DNA of 64,000 nt. Origin: Felis catus (lineage: Eukaryota). This document shows, piece after piece, positions 49,684 to 61,465 of the stretch (its first letter is position 1; each line of letters opens with the position of its first letter). The stretch covers positions 169,758,001-169,822,000 of the forward strand of contig NC_058368.1 of NCBI RefSeq assembly GCF_018350175.1, in the 5' to 3' direction. The notes beneath the pieces are model-generated. The model saw only the letters and a program-made list of their open reading frames with translations. It was not told the origin of the DNA and did no database searches. The position numbers and the translations under genes are program-made.

Positions 49684-50050
49684 ATAACCCCCTCTAGTTT
49701 CATCCGTGTTGTTGCAAATGGAAGAATTTCCTTTTCTTTTAAGTTTGAATAGTATTCCATTATATATCTCTATATATGTCACATTTCTTTGATCCATGAA
49801 GGGGCATTTAGGCTTTTTCCATATCTTGGCTGCTGTGAATAATGCTGCGGTGAACATGGGTATGCAGGTATTTTTTTAGATGCTGGTTTCATTTACATCG
49901 GATGTATACCCAGGGGTGGGATCGCTTGATCATATGGTAGTTAAATTTTTAATTTTTTGGGGAACCACCATACTGTTTTCCATAATGGCTGACACATTTT
50001 TTATCTGGATAAATGATAAGAGTAGATACTAGAGGGGAAAAAATGTGGAC

Positions 50051-50379
50051 CATTCTAGATATCTTCTGACATTGTTCCAGATCTTCTTCATTATTCTCTG
50101 TCCTAGTCTCCACCTCAGAAGGTTATGGATTCTAGGTTTTTTTGGCTGTTGGGTGTCTCTGTATGATTGCTTCAAGTGTGTGGGTCCTTTGACTAGAGGT
50201 GGCCTCTTTTACAAAACTCTATTCTTTTGGGTTCTCTTAACCCCCTCTCTCTTCTTGTTAATCCACTATCCTTTGTGGTTCTTCTACACTGACTCATAGC
50301 TTTGTCAATAGCATTTTGACCTTCCTTGGAATATCCCAGGATATGTTATCTGTTTCTTGTAGGGTCCCTAACTGATATA
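50051..50379 (+). mobile_element. 3' LTR (LTR67B-like, internally deleted) of the fossil ERVL provirus
   Basis: Preceded by a purine tract 'agaggggaaaaaatgtggac'. Starts 'cattctagatatcttctg...ttccagatc' and ends 'atctgtttcttgtagggtccctaactgatata'. Confidence 0.72.
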
Positions 50380-52371
50380 GATGCTTAATACAGTGACAAA
50401 TAAAATGAACCAAAATCCCAGTGTGCATTTATTTCCATTTATATGTTGATATTGTAATGATGACTGGATCATCAAAAATATTTAATTATGTGGAGTAAAA
50501 GTTTAAGATGTGAGACATTTTATGATATCCCGTGTTTAATACTGATGTTATTTTAGTACTATGATAAACTTTAGAAATATTTTATAACATTTTAAGGGCT
50601 GAAGAAACAGAGCCAGAAATATTGAAAGACTTAGCCAAAATGTTGAAGTTGTACCAGAAATGTGATTAGAATCTGGTACTTCTCTCAGGATATCCTCTAT
50701 TCTTTGACTTGTATGATACCAAAAACTTGTTGTATTTATTTATTCTTATTAGCAAGGCTTTTCCATTAATCTTTGAGATCAGTATGTCCTATCTTTATGG
50801 ATATAGTATAATTTATACAGTCAGTCATTGGAAATCACTTTACAGAATCTTTGACAAATTTGGTGATCTTTAGATTGCAATTTTGTATTTATTTGTCTTT
50901 CAAATTGTATAATGAACTTCTTGAGGTTTAAACTTTGATTTTAATTTCTATGTTTCTGTCAGCTTAATGCTTAGTACAGTGTCTACCATTCAGTATAATT
51001 GATTGATTCATAAATAAATGTCTACCACTAGCAGGGTGAAAAGTTAGATAAGTCTTTTCTGAATGGCCTGCTTTCCCTGAATATCTTTGAATGGTGTAAA
51101 ATCTTTTAAGTTTGTTTTTCTGGACATTCCAAATATGAAGCCAAGTGCCTGTGCTTTTATAAAGTGTCCTTTTTATCTTCAAAGTTTAGATCACACAGCT
51201 GTAGTCAGCATTGTTTTATAACCAGGAGCCTACCTTCTTATTTAAGTTCCTCTTCACTCCCCAGGAGCTTTCTGTGACTTCACTATCAGCTCTGTAATTA
51301 TAGAATCAGGAAGCATGTCTTTGAAATTCAGAACTTGCTCTTCAGGTGGTCTGTTGGGACATCCTCAGGTATTTATGTATGATGGGATTTATTGACGGAA
51401 TCACTTCTACTTTCCTAGATAGACTGAGAGCCTGTCCAGGGTTATACAGGCAGTGTTCTATGTCAAGGACACTAGCGAATAAAGGCTGACAAACCTAAGG
51501 GAGTCCCCTGAAGAAGATATATGTTCTGGAGACAGACCCAAAGCAAGGTCATTTGCAGCCTGTCCCTGCAGGCTGGCAGTGACACACATGCCCAGGAGCT
51601 TTAAAACTGAAATAGAATAGTGATGTGATATCTAATATAGTTCAGATCACTTAATTGTTGAACTTTTATTCAGACGTTTCTGTTTTCAAATGAAAAGGAA
51701 TAAAATGAAGTCTTTAGACCTTGTGCATTGGGCTACCAGATACAATTCCACTTAGTTGACATCGTGTATTGAATCCACACAAGAATGTAAGGGTGAGCAT
51801 ATGGAGAGAAGGGCATATTATCACATTAAAATTATAACAATCCAAGAGGCTGCAGGAACACACAGGTTTATTTTTTTCCAACCAGTCTCTGTACTGCCTC
51901 TTATAATAAATAAGCTTGCTGTGTCTCCTCAAGGCAGCTGCCTAATATTGTTATGTTTCTACAGAGTCCTGAATAAAGGAATTGCTCATTCTTTTCAGTT
52001 TTCACTTTCAGCTGTTAAATTGCATCTTGAATGAAAGGGAAAATGACAATTGCTAAGAAATTTCACAATCCTTTGACTTCTTTCTTTTCTTAGCCTAGTG
52101 CCATTTTGGAGTCAGCAACTGAGAGTGGTAGTAGAGATTGGAGGGCATAGAGGGGGAAGAGAGAAGTATTTCTAGGCCTACTGGATTTTAAATACCATCA
52201 TGTGGGTAGGTGTTAATGCTTGGAGAAAACCAAATGGCTCTGAGTGTTTGCAAAAGAAAAAAAGTATGAAGAATCAATAAGTGAGAAAGAAGTTGTTTCC
52301 GCTTTTAATGTTTGATCACAAAAATTGTTGACTTGTGGTTTATATCCACTAGTACTGTAGGATGTCCTTTT

Positions 52372-52583
52372 ATTTAAAAAAAAATAATGTTTATTTTTTA
52401 GAGATAGACAGACAGAACATGAGCATGAAAGGAGCAGAGAGAGAGAGAGACACAGAATCGGAAGCAGGCTCCAGACTCTGAGCTGACAGCATAGCACCTG
52501 ACGCGGGCTCCAACTCACAAGCTCTGAGATCATGACCTGAGCCAAAGTCACCCACTTAACCTACTGAGCCACCCAGGCGCCCC
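52372..52583 (-). mobile_element. Can-SINE (SINEC_Fc)
   Basis: TSD taggatgtcctttt (52358-52371) / taggttgtcctttt (52585-52598). Confidence 0.96.
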
Positions 52584-54864
52584 TTAGGTTGTCCTTTTCA
52601 TGGCATTTTTGGGGTATGAAGTGAATATTGCTACTCTTGCCTAGAATTGATACCTACAACTCAAATAATCAGGAAAAATTGCTTTCTTATTTATACCTAC
52701 TCCTGTTTGCTTGATTTGTCATCAAAATTTTGAGTTAGCCAAAGGAATTGAGTAAGTTAGAAATATGATGTGCTCTTGTGTTGGAAATAAGGGGAAGGAT
52801 GGAGAATGGAAGGAGAAGCTTCCATGGTGGTTGGTCTCTGGGGAAGCTTTACTTTCTCTTCTACTTTTCAAAGACATCTTTGTCTTCTGTTTTCTCCTCA
52901 CGTTCACAGCTCTGCACAGTAGACATTTGTAAACAACAGCCAGTCTACCTCTTCTCTGTGGATTTGGGGTTTCCTTGGAATGCCAATGGTGTCAGGGGAG
53001 TAGGTAGTCCCAACACAGATTCCTGGGCTGGGCTGATTGCTATTAATAGACAGGTAGGTGTAACAACCAATGTGGTTAAAATGTCACCTCAGAAAATGTC
53101 CCTACCCAAAAAGAGAGCATAATGAATTAGTGAGTGACTTCCTCTGAACACATACAGGGGCTGTCAGACAGTCCTAGTGGGCAGAAAGCATATTCAGTCC
53201 TCTGTGGTTTGCAGAGGATGGCTGTGATGTCATTGCCCAGCAAACAAGAATGTTACCTGTGAATGAGTCAAGAATCAACACATCACTCAGCTCAACCAAG
53301 TAAAACCTGTGATCTCTGGAGACTCATACATCCCAGACACAATTTCTTTCTTTGCTGTAAATCAGTCACTATGTGAAATTGTGTTAAGTCTTCTAGGTCC
53401 CTAGAGTAAGGTGGCAATGCTAAAAAAGTATCAATAGGGCTTCACAGAATGTCAGTCTTACAGGGAATAATTATTTTTAAAGGGAAAATTTGGTTACTTC
53501 ATAAAATAGAGAATCAGGGGTCCTCTGCTGTGCTCTGCCTATTCTTTCTACTTTATTTTTTACTCATTCTTTTATTGATCCAACATTTAAACAGAACCTA
53601 CCTTGTCACACCACTATGCTAGTCACCAAGTATATAAAGATGAATGTGATAGAGATGGAATTCACCATTTGCCTTTCCCAAGCTTCCAGTCACCCGCCTA
53701 CTTCTTCTTATCAAGAATGCTTAATCTCAGTTATGTTCCATCATTTCGTGAAGTAGCCTGCAGAATTGTGTGTTTGTGTGTATACATGCAGAGAAGACTC
53801 CTAGCTTTCATTCCATTTGCAACTGAACCTACGGAATAAATCTTTTAATTGTAATTATCGTTCCTGTCAATTTGAGTAGATATGGGGATGTGTTTGGTTA
53901 AATTGGCAGATACTAGACCTCAGATTATACATACAAGCCAAAAGCTGATAAACTTCAAGACCAAAGGAATACATAAAACAGTTGTGCAAGAGTCTCTGTG
54001 CAGAGCAGAGAGAATCTTGTTTGTGCATTTCACCAGGCATCTGGGGCTTTGTATTAGAAGTGATTGCTCAACACATTGCACATATAAATACTGCAAAACA
54101 AAATAATTTGATTCGCTATCAGCCACTGATCTACTTTTTACAAATCCAGCCATTTTTGGTCATTTTATAACGGTACTTTGACTTTTTAGAAAATAGGATG
54201 TTCTTTGAATTATGGCAAAGTGTTTTGCTACATTTTACCATATAGGGATATTTAATGTTGTTTGATCTACTTTAACTACTTAAAATGTTACATATTTTAA
54301 ATTTTGCAGTGTAAATAATTAATGTAATTTGGAACAACAATCAGCAAATTACTGAACTGGGTACTTGGCCATTACCATTTGACTTAATTGTGAAAAAAGC
54401 TCACAAATTATAAAATGTTTCAAATTGTGTTTAGCACTTTTATTGTCATTATCTTAAGTTTCATGACTACTCTATTGGATAAGCACTGCTACCCAGAAAT
54501 GAAACTGATGCTTAATTGCAGTCTACCTTCTTTGAAATTATTGGCTGTGCTTGAGTGTTAGATAAGCAAAGCAGATGTGTAGAAAGTCCCCTTATTAGTG
54601 AAATCCAAACATAACATGTGCTGAATGTTTTATCTAGTGTATTAAATATAGATGGATTTAGTGCATGTAAAAATCATGAGTTTTCAAAAGCTGTGTCAAC
54701 ACAATCTTTGATTAATAAATGTGTAGTCAGTGTTTCTTGTTGAGAACATTTACCTTTTTATGCCTTTGTTCTATTAGATCATAATGTTTCTAGATTCAGC
54801 AGTTGCCTATCACAGTGTTTCACAGTAGATAGAATTGCTAGTAGTAGTTTTTAGGAAATAAACT

Positions 54865-55070
54865 GTTAACAACTTGATACCACTTGCCAGGTATACAGCA
54901 GGTGCTTTACATGCATGAACATGGACTTGTAAGAACAAACCTTTGTGGTAGAAAATACTTTAGGTGAGGAAATTGGCATTCAGAAAGTGAATAACTTTTT
55001 TAAAGTCAATCCATGAGATGTCCACCTGGGATTCCATTTTAAGTCTTTTTCATTTGAAAACTCATCTCAT
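54865..55070 (-). mobile_element. MIR
   Basis: 'tgccaggtatacagcaggtgctttacatgcat...taggtgaggaaattggcattcagaaagtgaataactt'. Confidence 0.7.
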
Positions 55071-55596
55071 TACCCATGAAACTCTTCTAGGTGCAAATTT
55101 GGAGGAAATATTGAAAAGTGAAGTTAACTGCTGTGACTCTGACAGTTATCTGCCCACTGGGTCACATGTTCTTCTGGAGACCAATAATGGAAAGGCAGTG
55201 CCAGCCCAAGCTGATAGAAACTGACAAAAGACATGCTTGTTGTTGATTTGTTTTTCCATTTGTTCCCAGAGAGTCAATTTAATGGCTGCACAAACACTAT
55301 CCAAATGTGAAGAACTATTTAGGGTCACTCAATATAAATAGCACTGTTAACTCTGACTGGAGATAAGCAGAATAAAGTTGGCAAGTATCTCTACTCCTTT
55401 TCTTTGGCTTTGAAAGTCATCGTCCCCAAATCATTGAAACCTCAATGAATTTCAACACTACCTTCTAAGAGGATTGCTGTTTGTAGAGAGCAGAGACACT
55501 GAAGCATCTCTTGAATGACCTTGAATAAGTATCTGAGGTTTGGCAGAATCAGTAATTTCACATTTGATTCTCTGCGTATACCCTTTAGATGATGAT

Positions 55597-55600
<4 letters not shown>

Positions 55601-55631
<31 letters not shown>
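55601..55631. repeat. (TG)15 microsatellite
   Basis: Perfect TG run. Confidence 0.97.
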
Positions 55632-55633
<2 letters not shown>

Positions 55634-57094
55634 ATGTGTTTGTGTATCTTCGTAATATTTACAAATATAAACACATGCCATATTTCAAGAGCTAATGTTC
55701 ACTAAATATTGCATGTCTCTTGATATATTTATGATATCTTGATAGTAAATCTGTAAGACATTATTCCAATTTTACAAATGAGTACACTGAATCTCATGAA
55801 AATTAAATAATATTCCCTAAACCTAGTACAGTATTTTAGTCTACTCTGCTGCCTCAGACACTAAGTGCATTGTCTGGTGTAGGCCCAGATACATACATGT
55901 AAACACATTTATGGATAATGTCAGGGTCAGAGCATTTAAATTCATGTTTCAGCCTTATTTAGAATTGCTTATAGAAAAGCAGTAGTACCATGTGATAAAT
56001 ATAATTTCCATTTCTTCAATTAATCCCTATTTAACTAGTTTGTCTGAATCCATAGTAGAGGGGCCAAAAACATTATTGTCAAATTTCAATGATTAATTAG
56101 ACATAGAAAAGTTGAAAAAGAGATGAATTATTTTAATAATAATTTAAAAAATGCTTTCCATGAAAAATCAATTTTTTTTAAAGGGCAAAAAAGAAAAATG
56201 AAGAGTATTTTTGCCCTGTCATCTCTTTGACCACCGGTGAAATGTTGTACTTCAGATTCTATGACAGAACCTATAATTACATTTTCTCCTTATATTTCTT
56301 TAGAAAGGGAAATATAGACAACTTTCATGTGTGAAATCAGGTAACGGAGTAAAACTTCGTCCCGGAGATCTGAGCCTAGAGAGAAAGTATTTGATATTGA
56401 GTGTTGGAGAGAAGGTTTTTAATTTTCACTTTATACTAGGGGCAAGATGGAGGGAAAAACTCCTCAGCAAAGTAAGAAGGACGAAAGCTCAGTTTAGCCT
56501 GCAGTGGACAAAGGAAGAATTTTGTCATTTAATTTGTTAACATAAAGAGACAGACTGCCTGATTCCATGAACACATACCTTTATTTCCTTTACTCCATTT
56601 GGTTAGCTGCGGAGAGATGTCCCTTTCCAATGTAAGCCATGGATTCTCTGCGCTCAAATGAACAGAAGTAGGAGTGACAAACCCAAGGGCATGAAGAGAG
56701 AGGTAAGACAGGAAGCAGTATGGGGATAACTCAGGGGGAAGCCAAGAAACATTCCTTGAGAAGCCAAGTGGGCCTTCTCTACCTCGCTCTTCTGGATCCT
56801 GTGTTGTTTCTGAATAGAGACTATCAGTGCCCACCTCATGGGCAGTACAGCAGTTAGCTAGTGGTCCTGCTACTTATCTTTAGTGAATAGTTGCTGTCTA
56901 TAGAAGGATTAATTTGATTATTATTTCTTGGTGTGAATATTAAAACAACCACGACAATGAAAACGTCCTGTCCAAGTGGTGCCTGATTCTGTTGCACATA
57001 TCTCTTTTTCAAAATAATTAGTGTTTAATTCCTATAGCTTAGAGTTGGACATATAAGATAAAAAGAGGAAAACATAGACTTGTTTTAATTATTA

Positions 57095-57490
57095 TCACCA
57101 CATGTGGGATGCCAGACACAGTGCCTATGATATCTTAGTCCTCACAGTATTCTTGTGGGATGGATATTGTATAATGTCCACTGATAGTTAAGTATGGACT
57201 TTTGAGACTGTCATTTACTGTCCTTTGGCAAGTGACTTAACTTTTTAAACCTCAGTGTTCTCATATGTAAAATGGAGATGACAGCAGTTACTTGGTAAAG
57301 GTAACCTGTGAAATGCTTAGCACAGTGCCTGGCATATTGGAAACCGTTCACTGTTAGTTTCTGTGAGAAGTTAAAGCAATTTAACAGAAAGGTTAAGCAA
57401 TTTGGTCATGGTCACAGAGTTAGTGTGTGGCAGAGGAGAGATTCACATGCAGCCTTGGTTGGCTCCAAAGCTCCTTTTTCTCCTGTACTA
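57095..57490. mobile_element. MIR (+, ~57182-57360) nested inside an opposite-strand MIR
   Basis: Plus core 'ggcaagtgacttaactttttaaacctcagtgttctcatatgtaaaatggaga'. Minus-strand halves 'tgccagacacagtgc...tcctcacag' and 'cagaaaggttaagcaatttggtcatggtcacagagttagtg'. Confidence 0.75.
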
Positions 57491-57652
57491 CCAATCACAC
57501 TTATTTCTTTGAGTTTAAAAATAAGATTGTTTCTTGTAAAAATCAAATCTCACATGCAGAGTCATGATGGAGATACAGGGATGCTTTCAAATGGTCCAAA
57601 ATTCCAGATTTAGATTAGGTATCAGATACCGTACCTGGCCCCAGTGCTAACC

Positions 57653-57732
57653 AAGAAAGAGAGAGAAAGGGAGAGAGAAAGAAAGGGAGGGAGGAAGGAA
57701 GGAAGGAAGGAAGCAAGCAAGCAAGCAAGGAA
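57653..57732. repeat. Compound purine-rich repeat (GA)n/(GGAA)n/(GCAA)n
   Basis: Directly visible. Confidence 0.9.
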
Positions 57733-57857
57733 GCCCCTGCCTTTAAGAGGTCAAATGTGATAAACAAATTCTATCCTAGGGCACAAGGATTCATTAGAAA
57801 TGGCTTAAAAAGAATAATGAGGAACAGAGTCCTCTTAACCAGGCAGAATCCTTAGGA

Positions 57858-58560
57858 GTATTAGTGATAACTCTTCAAGTAGCAACTGACAGAACTCCAC
57901 TTCTAACTACCTTGGGCAAAAACAGAAAAAGGGAGTTTGTTGGAAGACTTTGGTGGTAAGTAATGTGCTCACATGTGGAGTTGAAAGGGGGCAGTGATAC
58001 TTCTGTGCTCCAGCAACAATTGGAACCAGTAACCAGATGACAGCAGAATTCCTTTGGGATTTCTGATTCACATCAGCTTCATTCTGTATTTCAGCTTTAT
58101 TCTTATTTTTAAAAGTTTTTTTTAACGTTTATTTTTGAGAGAGAGAGAGAGAGAGAGCGAGCTTGAACATGAGTGGGGGAGGGGCATTAAGAGAGGGAGA
58201 CACAGAATCCAAAGCAGGCTCCAGGCTCCGAGCTGTCAGCACAGCTGAACTCAAGAACCATGAGATCATGACCTGAGCTGAGGTGAGATGCTTAACCGAC
58301 TGAGTGACCCAGGTGCCCCTATCCTTATTTTTAAATATAGACTTGCAGAGAACATGCCTGCTGACAATTTCCAAGTTTCATGCCTTGCACCTTTCATGTC
58401 TATAGTCTAAATAAATTAATTAGTTACCATTGCAAATCCCAAAGAAGAGCTCTGGTTGACCCCATGGAGGACCAGGCACAAGAGCTATGGGAACACGGTG
58501 TTGAGAACCATTTAGAATTGGAAGAGGAGAAACTCTCTACAAGTGGGGTGTTGCAGATAG
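57858..58560 (-). mobile_element. Old MaLR LTR (MLT1I/J-like), interrupted by a SINE
   Basis: 'tattagtgataactcttcaagtagcaactgacagaactccacttctaactaccttgggcaaaa' and 'tcagctttattct' resemble the reverse strand of old MLT1. Confidence 0.6.
58114..58319 (-). mobile_element. Can-SINE (SINEC_Fc) with a small internal deletion
   Basis: TSD tattcttatttttaaa (58098-58113) / tatccttatttttaaa (58320-58335). Confidence 0.95.
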
Positions 58561-58959
58561 CTACATCAGGAAGCTGGAAAGCAGAAGGCCATTTGTGTTC
58601 AAAACAGGTTCACCAAAGTGTAAACTTAGGATCTGTGAGGCTACATATGGGCATACATGTTTAAAATGTGTGTGTGGGGACTCTTTTCTAGGAAAACTGA
58701 AAACACGGTACTATTCTCTAGCAGATTTTCCTAAAATGCACTGCAGTCAGACTATCCTGCTCATTTCATTTGCAATCTTTTATTCTTCTAAATGTATAGT
58801 GGAACTCTCCAAGAAGCTAAGGTGTTTGGAGAGATGAGGTTTTAACTTTCAAGGCTAATGGTAAAAAGCCCAGTTACATTCTTCTAAAACATGCCACTGA
58901 GATTTCAAATCCCAAACTTGATCAATCCAGTAGCATACTTCTTGAAGCTTTTCTATTTA

Positions 58960-59810
58960 TTTGAAAATACACACAAATGACCCCCAATCTTCTCTTTCCC
59001 TTTTTCTCTTTTTGTATAATCCCCATCACTCATTACCTCCATTATGGACGTATAAAACTGGTGTCTTCCAGAGCCCCAGTGTACTCCCAATCTGTTATAT
59101 TTTTAAACATGTGCTTTCCCCTAATGAAAGAAATGGAATTAGAATGTAGCTCTTCCTTTTTCATCTTCTTCCTAAATGTGGATGTTTCCCAAAAAGTGTC
59201 TGTTTTCACACTTTTTTCTGTCCCCTTTGGTAAATGTATTCACTCCCAGAGTTCTAACTATTACCTTATTTTGGTTGACTCCCAAATTTACAACCCTACC
59301 TTTCCCTGTCGTTCATATATAGTTTCCTATGGATCTCTCTCATCTACAACCCAAGATGTGCAAGATGGAACTCATTACCCACCCTCTGAAACCTGTTCCT
59401 TCCTGGGATTTCCTCAAGTTAATGACTACTAATTGCTCAGTCTTTGAGGTTTGAGTCACATTCTCAACGTTTTTTATTTATTTTTGGGACAGAGAGAGAC
59501 AGAGCATGAACGGGGGAGGGGCAGAGAGAGAGGGAGACACAGAATCGGAAACAGGCTCCAGGCTCTGAGCCATCAGCCCAGAGCCTGACGCGAGGCTCGA
59601 ACTCACGGACCGCAAGATCGTGACCTGGCTGCAGTCGGACGCTTAACCGGCTGCGCCACCCAGGCGCCCCTGAGTCACATTCTCAATGACTCCTTTCTCA
59701 GCCTACCAGCCCCAGACGGCATCCAATTCTTACCAATTCTGCTTCCTCTCTCCCAGTCCTCAGAACCGTTACCCTGGTTCAGGTCTTTACTCTTCTCTTG
59801 CTTGGACTTC
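58960..59810 (+). mobile_element. L2 remnant
   Basis: 'tcactcccagagttctaactattacc...gactcccaaatttac', 'ggaactcatta...aaacctgttccttcc', 'ccaattctgcttcct'. Confidence 0.7.
59468..59670 (-). mobile_element. Young Can-SINE (SINEC_Fc, recent subfamily) lacking a poly(A) tail
   Basis: Flanking repeat tgagtcacattctcaa (59452-59467 / 59671-59686). The element ends at ...AAAAAACG with no terminal A run. Confidence 0.97.
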
Positions 59811-59819
59811 AAAACAAAA

Positions 59820-60222
59820 CTTTTTATCTGATAAAAGTTTAGGCTTACAGAAAAGTTATATAAATAATAGAAAGCTCTTATACCTTTCACTCAGCTTTCC
59901 TAAAGTTGATATCTTGTCTAACCATGATGCATTTATTAAAATTAACAGTGGTACCATAATATTAACTGAACTATGGCCTTTATTTGAATTTCATCAGTTT
60001 TTCCACTAATGTCCTTGATCTCTTCCAGGATCCATTCCTGGATCCACATAGCATTTAGTTGTCATGAATCCTTAATTCTCAGCAATCTGTCACACTTCCT
60101 CAGTCTTCCCTTGTCTTTTATGACCTGGACACTTTTGAAGAGTACAGGTCAATTATTCTGTAGAGAATTCCTTCATTTGGATTTGCTTGGTTTTTCTTCA
60201 TGATTAGGTTGAGGGTATGCAT
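59820..60222 (-). mobile_element. L1MC-type 3' end
   Basis: 'cttacagaaaagtt', 'ccactaatgtcctt...ttccaggatcc', 'gcatttagttgtcatg', 'acttttgaagagtacaggtca'. Confidence 0.85.
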
Positions 60223-60257
60223 TGTGTTTTGGCCTGTACTTTTGTAATCACCCTTTA

Positions 60258-60479
60258 TTTAAAAAAAATTTTTTTTAACGTTTATTTATCTTTGAGACAG
60301 AGAGAGACAGAGTATGAACAGGGGAGGGGCAGAGAGAGAGGGAGACACAGAATCTGAAATGGGCTCCAGGCTCTGAGCTGTCAGCACAGAGCCCAACGCG
60401 GGGCTCGAACTCACGGACCGTGAGATCATGACCTGAGCCAAAGTCAGACGCTTAACCGACTGAGCTACCCAGGTGCCCC
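60258..60479 (-). mobile_element. Can-SINE (SINEC_Fc)
   Basis: Perfect TSD tgtaatcacccttta (60243-60257 / 60480-60494). Confidence 0.97.
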
Positions 60480-60508
60480 TGTAATCACCCTTTAAATAGC
60501 TTCTTTGC

Positions 60509-60705
60509 AGGGCACCTGAGTGGCTCAGTTGGTTGGGCGGCTGACTTCGGCCAAGGTCATGATCTCACAGTTCATGGGTTTGAGCCCCGTGTTGGGCTCT
60601 GTGCTGACAGCTCAGAGCCTGGCGGTTGCTTTGGATTCTGTGTCTCCCTCTCTCTCTGCCCCTTCCTCACTCTTTCTCTATCTCAAAAATAAATAAACAT
60701 TTTTT
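60509..60705 (+). mobile_element. Can-SINE (SINEC_Fc)
   Basis: TSD tttaaatagcttcttt (60491-60506) / tttaaataacgtcttt (60706-60721). Confidence 0.96.
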
Positions 60706-60840
60706 TTTAAATAACGTCTTTACTTCTAGTTTCCTTCCAGTTTCTTTATTACATAGGATATGAAGTTATCCTTTGGAAATACAGTGTTATCTGTGTCCTT
60801 ACTCTTGCACAAAATAACTTTTCGGGATATCCTATCATTT

Positions 60841-60894
60841 ACTTTTAGTTTTATTTATTTTAATTTTTTAAAATGTTTTTATTTATTTTTGAAG

Positions 60895-60936
<42 letters not shown>

Positions 60937-61108
60937 CAGAGCATGAGTAGAAGAGGAGCAGAGAGAGAGGGAGACACAGAATTTGAAGCAGGCTCCAGGC
61001 TCTAAGCTGTCAGCACAGAGCCTGATGCGGGGCTCGAACTCATGAACTGTGAGATCATGACCTGAGCTGAGGGTGGATGCTTAACCAACTGAGTCACCCA
61101 GGTGCCCC
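60841..61108 (-). mobile_element. Can-SINE (SINEC_Fc) with expanded (CT)n
   Basis: Flanking repeat cctatcattt (60831-60840 / 61107-61116). Confidence 0.96.
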
Positions 61109-61306
61109 TATCATTTTTTTTTTTTTTAATAAAGTCAACATTTCTCAGCCTACATTCAAGGCCATGCAGAGTCTGGTCCAAAGCCACATTTCCAGACCAC
61201 TCTTGGCTCATAGTGAACTGATGATCCCAAAGGCAGACTGATATGACTTTTCCATTTTCTGTGCTGGGCTCTGTGGCTCTGAGTCTCCTCCTCCTCGTGC
61301 TTATCC

Positions 61307-61430
61307 TATATGATATATAATGTATATATGTAACATACATATATATTCATTGTATATGTACATATATAACATACATATATATTATATCTATACATATATA
61401 TAAAATACATATATATATTATATATATATG

Positions 61431-61462
<32 letters not shown>
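61307..61462. repeat. Imperfect (TA)n / TACA-rich repeat
   Basis: About 155 bp, ending in a perfect (ta)n run. Confidence 0.95.

Positions 61463-61465
<3 letters not shown>

Larger units (their letters stand above)
48762..49992 (-). mobile_element. L1 3' end (L1MA9-like) nested in the provirus, carrying two SINEs
   Basis: 'cattgtggaatgattaccaagatcagg', 'ccaccatgctgtatattacagcctcagaacttatt', 'ttccatatcttggctgctgtgaataatgctgc', 'ccatactgttttccataatggct'. Confidence 0.9.

Noticed and set aside
30816..55288. Identical 13-mer tttaatggctgca at two distant sites
   Set aside because: Tens of chance 13-mer pairs are expected in 64 kb.
58977..59432. 151-aa ORF
   Set aside because: It overlaps a decayed pyrimidine-rich L2 remnant, where stop codons are scarce.
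4951..61340. Recurrent similar ORFs (MAQLV...SSSPASGSVLTAQSLEP) resembling a gene family
   Set aside because: They are translations of Can-SINE copies.
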